Part shown: piece by piece, positions 29,586 to 39,497 of the stretch
Numbering within the stretch: position 1 is the first letter of the stretch
Layout: every line of letters begins with the position of its first letter
The notes under the pieces: generated by a model
What the model was told of the DNA's origin: nothing
Database searches by the model: none
The model's input: the letters and a program-made list of their open reading frames with translations, nothing else
Made by a program: the position numbers and the translations under genes
Origin: a virus
Lineage: Duplodnaviria > Caudoviricetes
Virus record (IMG/VR): IMGVR_UViG_3300020037_001525
Span: 25,938-89,937 of that record
Direction: 5' to 3' (one strand)
DNA length: 64,000 bases

Positions 29586-31139
29586 TTACATGAAGCTTAC
29601 TATGTCCCTCATGGATAATGTCGAATTATATAATACACGTCTTTTTACAGTAATTGGTTCTGTTTTCCATCCTACTTTCACCTTGAAGCTAATTTCTTCA
29701 ACATCATACGATTTTGCCGCCATTTTATCATATATGTTGTTGCTTTTCACTTCTTCTTTGAATGAACCAATTTTTTTAGTTGTTATATCAGTAGGTTCAT
29801 AATTCTTATTGAAGAAGTTGTACAGATTGTTGTCATCTCCTATTGCCATAGCAAGATTCTTCAAATCTTCTTCATTGTACTTTGCATAGGAATATTCTGA
29901 CTCCTTTTGTTTTTCTTTGAAAAACTTCTTTTTTGCATTGTCAGAACTAACTTTTGATAAAGATTTTGAAAATTGTGACACTGAATATTCCCCACTTGGT
30001 TCTATTGGAACTTTTGTGTCATCCTCTGGCATCGTCTTTATTCTTGAGAATAAGCCTTGTTCGATTGATTGCTTAGCAAAATCAATGTCAGAATCTGATA
30101 ATACACTATCTCTTAATGTATACTCCTTGCCACCTATTGACATTGCTACCCTGCCGTATTCATATCTTTTATTGCCACTATGGTCATCTTTATTCAAATA
30201 TCCATTGGCAATTCGGTCTGCCTCTACTTCTGTTGCCCCTTCTTCCAAAGCCTTAACATGAGCATCCATTTGTTTGTTGCCTTGGCTATGTTGCAAGTTC
30301 CTCAATGACTTAGCATAGGTGTTCCCTGCTTCATCTTTGATATGAGCTGTACCAAATTTATCCCACTTAGCATCATGCTTTAAACCATGTATTTTGCCTG
30401 TTACCTGCTTACCTTTGTGTTCAAAGGATACATGGTCGCCATGTGTGAACTCATGCTTTGCTCCGTCATCATGATGTCGAACGTAAACTGTTTGTTGGAC
30501 ACCTGCTTTGTTTGTGATGATTTTCTTCTCTAAGTGACTAACATCTTTCATAGCTTTCTCAAAGTCATCTTCTGTGATTTCACCTGATTCTAATGCTTTG
30601 TTGATGTCTGTGTGAAACTGAAGTATTGAGTCTTCTGTGAAGACCTCATAATGTTCTGATTTGGATAACTTATCAATCATTTGCTCTACAGTGTGTTCTT
30701 CACTATCCTCACCTGTTTTGTCTTCAAATTCTCTTTTCAGAGCATCTTCAGTTAAATTTTCGTAATGCGATCTCTTATCATACCCTTCATCATCTTTGTT
30801 GTCTTCTTCGCTGTCCATCACATGAGCATCGTCGTACTCTTTATCATTGAGTTCTGATGCTTGTTCTCTTTGATATTTGCCATATTCTATGTGTCTGCCT
30901 ACTTTATCATAATGCTTAGCTTTCTCTTCATGATCTTTCTTGGTCATGCCATGCTTGCTTACCTTCTGCCACTTGCCTTCAGCTACTTTCTTGTAGCCAT
31001 TGTGGACTGTACCAATAGGGAATGATTTGCCCTTTTCCAAATCAGTTTCCACTGCCTTGTTCATTTCTTCGGTTTGCTCTTCATCTTTGTTGATGAAATT
31101 GTTGAAAATTGCTTGTTTGCGGATATCGTTGATTGCCAT
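29586..31139 (-). CDS. Putative internal head protein (K-S/A/G motif family)
   Basis: Charged, His-rich; shares an approx 120 aa module with 31209..32645. Confidence 0.6.
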   Translation of the reverse strand: MAINDIRKQAIFNNFINKDEEQTEEMNKAVETDLEKGKSFPIGTVHNGYKKVAEGKWQKVSKHGMTKKDHEEKAKHYDKVGRHIEYGKYQREQASELNDKEYDDAHVMDSEEDNKDDEGYDKRSHYENLTEDALKREFEDKTGEDSEEHTVEQMIDKLSKSEHYEVFTEDSILQFHTDINKALESGEITEDDFEKAMKDVSHLEKKIITNKAGVQQTVYVRHHDDGAKHEFTHGDHVSFEHKGKQVTGKIHGLKHDAKWDKFGTAHIKDEAGNTYAKSLRNLQHSQGNKQMDAHVKALEEGATEVEADRIANGYLNKDDHSGNKRYEYGRVAMSIGGKEYTLRDSVLSDSDIDFAKQSIEQGLFSRIKTMPEDDTKVPIEPSGEYSVSQFSKSLSKVSSDNAKKKFFKEKQKESEYSYAKYNEEDLKNLAMAIGDDNNLYNFFNKNYEPTDITTKKIGSFKEEVKSNNIYDKMAAKSYDVEEISFKVKVGWKTEPITVKRRVLYNSTLSMRDIVSFM

Positions 31140-31208
31140 TGTTTCTTATTTTTGTTTTGTTATACCTGTTTAAGATTAATGAGACTGTTTTCTCTTATCC
31201 ATACCATC

Positions 31209-32645
31209 TTAATTGTTCTTGCTTGGTTTCTTAGCAAGTTTCTCTGCCATATCATAATGACCTTGAGCTGTTTCTGAATGTCTATTGGCTCTTTTAGGGT
31301 AATTGTTCATCATGGCTTTCACTGCATGTGCTGAATGAAATTGCGCTGCTTCTTTATGGTCTTGTGCTGTAAAACCATTGTAGTAATAATCATCTGCCTT
31401 GCGTTTCGCACTCACTCTCAATCCAGAAGTTGTTTCTCCTACATATCCTGGACCAGTTGGTATAGGTTTTGATTCTGTATTCGTCCTCGTTGTACCCAAC
31501 TTACCAGAACCTTTCAGGTTTGAAATTTGTCTGTTGGTTGCTTTCTCATTCTCCTCATTTTCTATGCTATCACGCAATTCTTTTTGTGACTCTTCATGTG
31601 TTTGTGGTTTCTCCTTTGACAAATTATTCATGTGGGTTGTAGTCGTTGTCTTCAATCCATCAAGTCTAATTTTTCTCATGCTTCCCTTTAGTGCAGTAAC
31701 CTTGCCTCTCCTTAGTTTACCACCATCATGCAACCAAACTTCTGAGCCAACTCCGTGTGGTACATCTGAATCTGGTTCATCATGCCCAGAAGCATCAAAG
31801 TCATGCTGTACAATAGCTTTCGATGGGTCAATTTTGTGCAATTCTTTTGTGGAAGGATGAACCCCCATCAAATTGCCTGTCTTCTTGTCATGACCAACAA
31901 CATGAACTAAATCATGCTTGTAACCATTCACACTTTGTGGATGTTGCATCAATACTCTCTGACCACGCTTCATCTGCACACCGAATTGGTCTTTTGTTCC
32001 TTGCTTCACATTATCGTGGTTGGCTGCGTGCTTTTTGATTTCTGATTTTAATTCTTCTGGCTTCATTTCTTCTTGTGTGTTTAATCTTGGTAAACCTCTG
32101 TCATCTTCAGAAGTATCTGGTGAAGAAGTTGCTGGTTTAGCTGTTTGCTCCAACTCCTTACCTTCTTCGTGGTGTTCTATACCTCTAAGAGACTTACTGT
32201 ACGTATTGCCCTTGTCATCTTTGATGTGAGCTGTACCGAATTTATCATAAACCTCATGATGTTTGAGTTTCGTGATATGACCTACTTTCTTGATACCTTT
32301 ATCTTCGAAAACAACTTTGTGTCCTTCGGAGAACTCATGCTTGTCACCGTTATCAGCATGTCTTGTATAGACTGTCTTCTGGTGACCATTTTTATCTGTA
32401 ATGGTTTTCTTTTCTAAGTTCGCTATATTTCTCATACCTTTGTTGAACTCTGAAGCATCAATCAAATTATCCTGAAATGCTTTCGTAAGGTCTGTCTGGT
32501 ATTGCTCCAAACCTTCTCTGGTATAGATTTCCACATGTTCATTTTGCTTTGAAACTTCTTTATTTTCAACTGATTTCTCAAACTGGGATGCTATATTCTC
32601 AGCGATTTTCTGTCTTCTTTCTTGTAGTGATTGTGCTATGTTCAT
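31209..32645 (-). CDS. Putative internal head protein (K-S/A/G motif family)
   Basis: Shared modules with neighbours; SH3/KOW-like segments. Confidence 0.6.
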   Translation of the reverse strand: MNIAQSLQERRQKIAENIASQFEKSVENKEVSKQNEHVEIYTREGLEQYQTDLTKAFQDNLIDASEFNKGMRNIANLEKKTITDKNGHQKTVYTRHADNGDKHEFSEGHKVVFEDKGIKKVGHITKLKHHEVYDKFGTAHIKDDKGNTYSKSLRGIEHHEEGKELEQTAKPATSSPDTSEDDRGLPRLNTQEEMKPEELKSEIKKHAANHDNVKQGTKDQFGVQMKRGQRVLMQHPQSVNGYKHDLVHVVGHDKKTGNLMGVHPSTKELHKIDPSKAIVQHDFDASGHDEPDSDVPHGVGSEVWLHDGGKLRRGKVTALKGSMRKIRLDGLKTTTTTHMNNLSKEKPQTHEESQKELRDSIENEENEKATNRQISNLKGSGKLGTTRTNTESKPIPTGPGYVGETTSGLRVSAKRKADDYYYNGFTAQDHKEAAQFHSAHAVKAMMNNYPKRANRHSETAQGHYDMAEKLAKKPSKNN

Positions 32646-32678
32646 TGTATTTTGTTTTATTATGATTGTTTATTTGTG

Positions 32679-33383
32679 TTAATTATAAACTCTTATTTCT
32701 ATCATTGTTCTTGCAAGAATATCATCAGCTAATACATCTGATGAGTTGTATGTCTGTATTAGTAGAGCACTTGTTGATATGAATGTTATGTTAATAGTTG
32801 AGCCATCCATTGTTTTATAGATTGCATTGTTAGGAATAAACAAATTGTCCTCTATGAATTTGTTCGCTGAGTTCAATCTATACTCACCAACGTCATTTCT
32901 TGCGATACCTGTGATACCAATAGTATCTTCAAGAACCAATGCTGTTGGAGCAGCTGTTGCTGATTGCGAGAGCATTGCTGTATAAGATTTGTATTGTACA
33001 GTATTAGCTATGTCAGCTAATATGATAGTCGCTATTTCTCTAATTGTGGTTGCTCCATAATCACCACTATCAACTTCATCCAAATTCTCTTTTGTAAGAT
33101 AATTCAACTCAAATACAACTCTGGTTGGATTTGGCATAGTTCTATCATTGTGCTTTATAATCAATGAAGAGTTGAGATTGCCTTCGATTTCAGCTACGAT
33201 ATCTGTAAATGGCTGTATAAACGCTGCTAACACCAATGGCACATATGTTATCACCTGTGATGGTAGTATTGGATTGTGTGGTTCATATGAAATTGTTATA
33301 TTCTCTAATGAATATACATTGATGACACCACTCCTATCAATTGTTATTGTTCTGTTCGTGTTATTTACTGTTATACTTGACAT
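32679..33383 (-). CDS. Putative structural protein
   Basis: Beta-rich, T/I/S-rich 234 aa ORF. Confidence 0.5.
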   Translation of the reverse strand: MSSITVNNTNRTITIDRSGVINVYSLENITISYEPHNPILPSQVITYVPLVLAAFIQPFTDIVAEIEGNLNSSLIIKHNDRTMPNPTRVVFELNYLTKENLDEVDSGDYGATTIREIATIILADIANTVQYKSYTAMLSQSATAAPTALVLEDTIGITGIARNDVGEYRLNSANKFIEDNLFIPNNAIYKTMDGSTINITFISTSALLIQTYNSSDVLADDILARTMIEIRVYN

Positions 33384-33408
33384 TTGTGAATTTTGTTTTT
33401 AGTATGTA

Positions 33409-35217
33409 TTAATCTTCTGTCTCGAATGCTTCTATGCCACCTAATCTTGTAAGCATCTTCTTATATGTAGGTATAAGTGTTCCAATTTGTTTGTCCATGT
33501 GGCTATCTCCACCTACTTTCCACACATTGGTTGCCATATTATCCATGGCATGACGCCCAACTGAACTTATAAGGAATGCGCCTATCTCTCTGTCATTTAA
33601 TCCTTTTTTACGGAGATAACCTTCTAATGCTGCATCACGCTCATCGTTTCTGTCATTGTGATATATTGCACCATATCCACCTGCGTAATTTTGGAATGCT
33701 GGAGATTCAAACACTGCTTTGCTGTAACCGCCTTGTTGGATGCCGTCTCTGTGTTCCATTGTGGATTTGTTGTTCTCTGATGCAATTTTATCAATTTGTT
33801 GTTTATATGACAACCCTTCTTGATCGTCTAAATAAGAACCCTTGCCAACATGTCTTTCCCATCCAAGCTTATCTGCTGACTTATCGCCTATCAATTTTGC
33901 TCCCTTTAATCGGTCAACCAATTTAGCTTTAATAGAGCTTGCGTCTCTGTGGTCAGTGGCTGTGAAATCTTTGTGATTTTCATGATCAAATGCTATGTGA
34001 ATGGGTTTACCAGAAGTTGTATTGCCTAACACTGCATCCCCACCCCTTTTCAGTGTTTTAGCAATTTCAATATCATCATTTGCTGCCTTCATCTTAGCAG
34101 CTATTTCTGGAACTGCTGCCATTGGGTTTGTTTCTAATTTCACATCTTTCCACATTTTATCAAATCTCACCCTGTTGATATGACTTAGTTGCGACACATG
34201 TTTAGCTACTTCAATCAGTTCATCATTTGATATATCCTTCTTCTGCATGATGCCGTTGGGATTGAATACTGTTGACTTTGCACTCCAACCTTCACCATCT
34301 TTCTTATATCCAAAGTGATTTGCTGCTTCTTCCCAATTATTCAACACCTTGCCATCGACCATGCTTCCGCTACTGTATCCGTGCTTCTCTGATATGTGAT
34401 TCTTCATTTGGTGGTCAGACATCTTTGTATTGTTGCTTACATAGATTGTTCTCACAACACCGTTCTTGTCGGTCATTGTTTTCTTTGTAAGATGAGACAA
34501 ATTCTTCATTCCTTTCTCAAAGTCTTCCTGAGATACTTCCTCAGACTCCATTGCTTTGTTGAGGTCTGTGATGTATTGTTGGATGGATTCTTCTGTGTAG
34601 AATTGGATGGATTTTTCAACTTTATTTCCTACGATGTTTGGTTGATTTGGTTTCTTTTTTATCAAGTGTATGTGAACTTCACCGTTGCTTCCAGAATCAT
34701 CTCTTTTTGTTATGAGAGATTGATGGTCTGGGAACTTCTTACTGAATACGCTTCTTATGTTGTCATTATCTCCCACATTACCTTTTTTTGTCACTAATTT
34801 CAATTTATGACCACCGTGACCATCATGTTCGTGCGTATGAACTCCATACGAATGGAACTGGTCTCCATAATGGTCTTTATCTATGCTTTGAACAGCACGC
34901 TTTGCTTCATCTAAATTTCTGATATCTTTCTTTATAGGTTTTATGTTATCCGCATTGTGCACTTTTCCATTTGATGAATATCTTAAATCATTTGCTTCCT
35001 TATGTTCACCTCTTGTGAAATCTTTGTGCAAATCAGGAACAGCACTTTGATATATAGGCTTACCACTTTTCGTATGTCCTATCACTTTACCACCTCTTGA
35101 TCCCTCTGCTTTTTCAAGATCATTGTCTATACCAATAAATCTGTCTGCTATTCCTTTGCGAAACGCTTGTTGTTTTGCTGCAATGGCTTGTTGCAATTGT
35201 TCTTGTATGTTTTTCAT
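33409..35217 (-). CDS. Putative internal head protein (K-S/A/G motif family)
   Basis: Carries the FYTEESIQQY..DLNKA..FEKGMK module and two G.T.SGKPI repeats. Confidence 0.6.
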   Translation of the reverse strand: MKNIQEQLQQAIAAKQQAFRKGIADRFIGIDNDLEKAEGSRGGKVIGHTKSGKPIYQSAVPDLHKDFTRGEHKEANDLRYSSNGKVHNADNIKPIKKDIRNLDEAKRAVQSIDKDHYGDQFHSYGVHTHEHDGHGGHKLKLVTKKGNVGDNDNIRSVFSKKFPDHQSLITKRDDSGSNGEVHIHLIKKKPNQPNIVGNKVEKSIQFYTEESIQQYITDLNKAMESEEVSQEDFEKGMKNLSHLTKKTMTDKNGVVRTIYVSNNTKMSDHQMKNHISEKHGYSSGSMVDGKVLNNWEEAANHFGYKKDGEGWSAKSTVFNPNGIMQKKDISNDELIEVAKHVSQLSHINRVRFDKMWKDVKLETNPMAAVPEIAAKMKAANDDIEIAKTLKRGGDAVLGNTTSGKPIHIAFDHENHKDFTATDHRDASSIKAKLVDRLKGAKLIGDKSADKLGWERHVGKGSYLDDQEGLSYKQQIDKIASENNKSTMEHRDGIQQGGYSKAVFESPAFQNYAGGYGAIYHNDRNDERDAALEGYLRKKGLNDREIGAFLISSVGRHAMDNMATNVWKVGGDSHMDKQIGTLIPTYKKMLTRLGGIEAFETED

Positions 35218-35219
35218 CT

Positions 35220-37328
35220 TTATTGATTAAATTGTAATTTGTATTTTAATTTTGCTCCTATACTGTACATCTCCTGTGCAAGATTTTCTACACCAATGAA
35301 ACCCATCTCTTCAGCATAATTCTCAACGTCAAACGCTAAAACAATTATATGCTCAGCAACACCATTTGGGTCTATACTATCACTGTAACTTTGTTTGTTA
35401 TTCACCATAACAATCATGGTGTTGAACTTATCCTTGCCGACAAGCCCAAGAAGTTGTTCAGCTATTGTATCTGTAAGAGAATCAAACTCTGATAGTGCCT
35501 CTCCAAATGCTTCATGTATCGGTTCACTTGCAGTCTTCAAGTGCACCCATTTAAGCCATACTTCCGTTTCATGCATTCTTGATATCAATGTAGACAATGT
35601 ATAATCATCAGTGCTATCTCTTTCAACCTCTACTACTGGCATTTCTTTAATGTAATCTTCTCCATTATCACCGACATCAACTCCTAAGTCTCCTAATGCT
35701 TTGATGATTTCATTGCTGTTAGATTTTGAAAATAACACCATGTCCTTAGCATCATGAACCCAATCAACTCCATCTTCTTTGGCACCATGTATAATATCAA
35801 GAAGACTTCCAACTGTACGAATATTCAAATCATTCGTTTTGTTTTTATACTTGTCAAGGAAATCAATGGCATCTTTCAAATCTGCTTGGTCGTACTTGAT
35901 ATCCTTGCCATCAGAGCCTTGAAACTTGATGTTATTGTATTCTTTGGTTTCAGGGTGTTGTGCTATATGTCGAATACGTTGTATTGTCTCGTCTGGAGTC
36001 ATCGTCATATCAACCCTCAAAGACCTTGATTTCAATGGTTGTGGCACTTTATTCGGTGGTAGGTTTGATATAAAAACTGCTCTACCATTGAAATTAAACC
36101 TGTTTGGTATTGGTTGCCCAAAGCTATCTTTCAATGGTCTCTGTGACGCATAAGCCACTGTTCCATCTCCTGAAGTATCTAATGCACCTTTCCACAAACC
36201 TTCATCTGTGTCTGTTATGGCAGTATCACAGTCATCAATCATCAATATCTTACCATTGTGTTCATACATTGCCTGATATAATCCAGCTGTAGTCGCTTTA
36301 CCTGTTATCTTTACATAATCATAATCATCACTACCCACTTCCATACCTTCTTTGAATTCACGCTTACCAAGTTTCTTCAATTCTTGTTGAACAGTGTATG
36401 TCTTGCCAACCCCACCTGTTCCGTATGATATTACAGATTTCATGCCACCCTTGCCAGAAGCCACAGAACGCACAAATCTTGCAAACGTATCAAAACGTCT
36501 GTTAATATCTCCTCTGCCTTCCTCTGCTTCATCTGCTTTCTTCTCACCAACTATCTTGTCTGCTGCTGCGTCTGCATCCAGTGGATTGTCCTTGTCTTTT
36601 TCTTCAGATTCTCCATCTTTCTTGTCACCTCTACTTTCAAGTTCCTTTTCAGCTATTTTCTTGATGTTTTCATCTTTTGTGGTCTTGATAGTGTTCTCTA
36701 AGCCACCTCTCGATGCTTTCTTAGCGAAATTTTGTAAATCTTCTGGAGAGTGTTTTGGTTCTTCCTGTTTCTTACTACCTTCTCCATGAGGACTATCGAA
36801 CTGATGTGGATGCTTGTTGATTGTCTGTCCACCATGTTCTTTATCAAGTTTAATTGCATATTCTCCTGTTTTGCCAACGCTACCAACAGTTCCTGTTACT
36901 TTGCTTCCCTTATGTTCAAGTTCTACCTTAGAACCATGTTCTGCGTGTTCTCGGTTGCCTTTGTTTGGGTCAACCCAACGATGCATCATCTTACCATTAA
37001 CATTCACTTCTTTCAAGACAAGATGTGAAGTATTGAGTTTGCCACCTTTCTCAAAGTAATCATCATCTTCAAATGATTTACTAACAATATCACACAAATC
37101 GTTGACTTGGTGCATGTGGTCTTCGTGGTAGTTCTGCATAAACTCCTTCACTGATTCTTTGCTACCGTAATGGCTGTCTTTTTCTCCATCTTCTGTCATC
37201 CAATCATGATATTCCTTCTTCAATTGTTTAACATCAATATCTTCACCTTTTTGTAAATTATTATCAATAAAAGATGACGCTATACGTTGCGCCTTACTGT
37301 CCCCAATATTAAAGTTTGTCAGATTCAT
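35220..37328 (-). CDS. Multidomain protein: AAA-type ATPase plus C-terminal ferritin/Dps-like domain
   Basis: Walker A GTGGVGKT, Walker B MIDDCD, FISN, LKSRS; C-terminal WVHLKT..IHEAF..FDSLTDTIAEQLLG four-helix pattern. Confidence 0.7.
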   Translation of the reverse strand: MNLTNFNIGDSKAQRIASSFIDNNLQKGEDIDVKQLKKEYHDWMTEDGEKDSHYGSKESVKEFMQNYHEDHMHQVNDLCDIVSKSFEDDDYFEKGGKLNTSHLVLKEVNVNGKMMHRWVDPNKGNREHAEHGSKVELEHKGSKVTGTVGSVGKTGEYAIKLDKEHGGQTINKHPHQFDSPHGEGSKKQEEPKHSPEDLQNFAKKASRGGLENTIKTTKDENIKKIAEKELESRGDKKDGESEEKDKDNPLDADAAADKIVGEKKADEAEEGRGDINRRFDTFARFVRSVASGKGGMKSVISYGTGGVGKTYTVQQELKKLGKREFKEGMEVGSDDYDYVKITGKATTAGLYQAMYEHNGKILMIDDCDTAITDTDEGLWKGALDTSGDGTVAYASQRPLKDSFGQPIPNRFNFNGRAVFISNLPPNKVPQPLKSRSLRVDMTMTPDETIQRIRHIAQHPETKEYNNIKFQGSDGKDIKYDQADLKDAIDFLDKYKNKTNDLNIRTVGSLLDIIHGAKEDGVDWVHDAKDMVLFSKSNSNEIIKALGDLGVDVGDNGEDYIKEMPVVEVERDSTDDYTLSTLISRMHETEVWLKWVHLKTASEPIHEAFGEALSEFDSLTDTIAEQLLGLVGKDKFNTMIVMVNNKQSYSDSIDPNGVAEHIIVLAFDVENYAEEMGFIGVENLAQEMYSIGAKLKYKLQFNQ

Positions 37329-37584
37329 TGTTTAATTTTTGTATAAATACTGTGAATAATTTTACTCCATGTTCATTTGTAACTACACTCTTGTTCATTC
37401 TATGACACTCTAACAAAGCTTCTCTGTATTCATTGCTATTAATCTCATCATCATCATACGATTTCTTCAAATCTTCATTGTATCTTGTCATATCCTTTTG
37501 AGTGAAAACAGCAATCTCACCAGCCTTCATCTGTTCATTGAGAAGATTGATGGTTATTTCTTTGCTATCACTTAATTCTGCCAT
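37309..37584 (-). CDS. Small protein consisting of the shared head-protein module alone
   Basis: IAVFTQKDMTRYNEDLKKSYDDDEI..NEHGVK aligns with the module of the three larger proteins. Confidence 0.6.
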   Translation of the reverse strand: MAELSDSKEITINLLNEQMKAGEIAVFTQKDMTRYNEDLKKSYDDDEINSNEYREALLECHRMNKSVVTNEHGVKLFTVFIQKLNNESDKL

Positions 37585-37616
37585 AGTTCAAATTTAAAGT
37601 CTTAATAGCTGTTTCA

Positions 37617-39497
37617 TCAAAACACAAATTCTGATAAACTTCTATCAACGACATTGTTAACGATTGTATCATCGTCTGTATTATCGATTGCTTGCTGTGC
37701 AAGGTTATGCATCTTTATACCTTTATGTATCCATGAACTTGGGTCAGATAAAGCACTTACTGTTCTGAAACTGTTGTACGTTGATTGTTGTGCTCCGCTT
37801 GGGAATGTCTTGAGACTTCTTACAATACCTTCATATATTGAAGACTTATGAACATAAGCATCAAAGGTCTTGCCTAAATTATTTGATGTTTCTGCTCTGG
37901 TCTTCTTTTGCAGAAATTCGACTGCCAAATCCTTGAAACCTATTCCTTCATTATTTCCTTTTGTCTTCAAAATCGCATAGATTTCTGGTGGAAGAACGCC
38001 AGAAAAAATCTCATTCTCACCGATTGCTCCTGTTGTTGCCCACCTGAATGGTATGCTTATGTACCAATTACCTTTCTTTGACATCTTGACCTTAGAAGAT
38101 TTTGCAAATCCTGAATTGTGTGTAACGATACCAGCTGCTATGTAGCTTGAGTCATCTTCAACTGTTAAATTATATTTATAATAATGTGCACGTGAAGAAT
38201 CATTTGTTATGTCTATTTTTTCAATCTCAAAATTATGTTGTAGAAAACTATAATTATCATTATGATTATCCAACACTCTTTCTATCTCATTCTTACATTC
38301 ATTGAGTTTGGAATACACTTCCTTACTCCAAAATGATATATATCTCCAACCAGCTGCTTCCACCTCGCTTTTCTTAGTCTCATCTTGTTCTTTTGTGTGC
38401 CAATATTCGCCATTAACCTCAATACATATCTTATGTTTAGGTATAGCAAAATCAAAATAATAAAATCTGTTTCTATTCATAGCCTCACATCTAACATTTC
38501 TTTCAAATTGAAATTGTCTTTCGATGCCTTCTATATTGTTTATTACATTCCATAATACTGATTCTGGGTCTGTGAACTTGTTTTTCTTTCCAAGACTTAC
38601 TGCTGCCTTGTATTGTAATTCCTTGCCCTTCTCATCATCTATTGTTCCAAATCCCCAATCACTATTATTCTTAGCATTATTTTGTATCCAATTGTTTAAT
38701 AGTCCAGTTTGTGTAACATGAGTTCCATTCTCTATTGATTTTTTATTCAATTCTATGACGGCATTCCTTAATTTCTCACATGTTTCTGGTTTAAGATATG
38801 GTTTACCATTATCTTTTCTTGATAAATTACTACCTGTAGCTGAGCACGACTTTGAACAATATCTTTTCTGTTCAAACTTATCAGTGAACATTCTTGATAT
38901 GCGCTTACCACAAACACATTTATTAGCTATTGTGAATAACTTGTGTTTGTCTTCAATAAGATTCTCCGCTTTAACCCATCCTGCATTCGTAAGTATGGGA
39001 TGGTTTCCAGTGACATATAAACTTTTTGTTTGGTCTCTATTAGAATATATTGGTGTTATTTTGTACACAAATCTATCATCATTCAATTCTTTGAACAATC
39101 CAGAAACTCTTTTAAATTTACCAGAATGTGTCAAAACCAAATCTCCTACTTTAATATCACATATCTTAACATTGCCTTTAGATGTATATATCAACGTATT
39201 TCTATTCGTGATACACTTCATATCAAATGCTGTAACTCCGTTCTCCAGCATATTGTTGAATCTGCCTACTAATTGTATGCCTGCGTTGCCTTCCCCAAAA
39301 TCTATGATTTTCAATCCTTTTATGTAATTGCTTCTTGTAGAATTCAATTCTTTTTCAGCAGCAACAACCCAGTTTCTATGTACTTCTAATGCGAGTGCCT
39401 GTTTAACGGATTCAACCATCGTCCTGACTTGGTCATTATTAAGTTTGAATTCATCAAGAATTTCACTGAGGTCGATATTGATTTTTAATGCTTGCAA
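37617..39497 (-). CDS. Putative neck/head-tail joining protein interrupted by an intein
   Basis: Exteins (aa 1-94 and the last 165 aa) join as AFDMK|SGFAKSSKVK; position among neck genes. Confidence 0.7.
   Translation of the reverse strand: MQALKINIDLSEILDEFKLNNDQVRTMVESVKQALALEVHRNWVVAAEKELNSTRSNYIKGLKIIDFGEGNAGIQLVGRFNNMLENGVTAFDMKCITNRNTLIYTSKGNVKICDIKVGDLVLTHSGKFKRVSGLFKELNDDRFVYKITPIYSNRDQTKSLYVTGNHPILTNAGWVKAENLIEDKHKLFTIANKCVCGKRISRMFTDKFEQKRYCSKSCSATGSNLSRKDNGKPYLKPETCEKLRNAVIELNKKSIENGTHVTQTGLLNNWIQNNAKNNSDWGFGTIDDEKGKELQYKAAVSLGKKNKFTDPESVLWNVINNIEGIERQFQFERNVRCEAMNRNRFYYFDFAIPKHKICIEVNGEYWHTKEQDETKKSEVEAAGWRYISFWSKEVYSKLNECKNEIERVLDNHNDNYSFLQHNFEIEKIDITNDSSRAHYYKYNLTVEDDSSYIAAGIVTHNSGFAKSSKVKMSKKGNWYISIPFRWATTGAIGENEIFSGVLPPEIYAILKTKGNNEGIGFKDLAVEFLQKKTRAETSNNLGKTFDAYVHKSSIYEGIVRSLKTFPSGAQQSTYNSFRTVSALSDPSSWIHKGIKMHNLAQQAIDNTDDDTIVNNVVDRSLSEFVF
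38115..39215 (-). mobile_element. Intein (367 aa) with embedded DUF559/Vsr-like endonuclease
   Basis: Starts CITNRNTLI (Cys1, codon 39213-39215); IKVGDLVLTH; block B VTGNHPI; ends YNLTVEDDSSYIAAGIVTHN followed by Ser+1; internal FDFAIPKHKICIEVNGEYWH nuclease motif. Confidence 0.92.
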
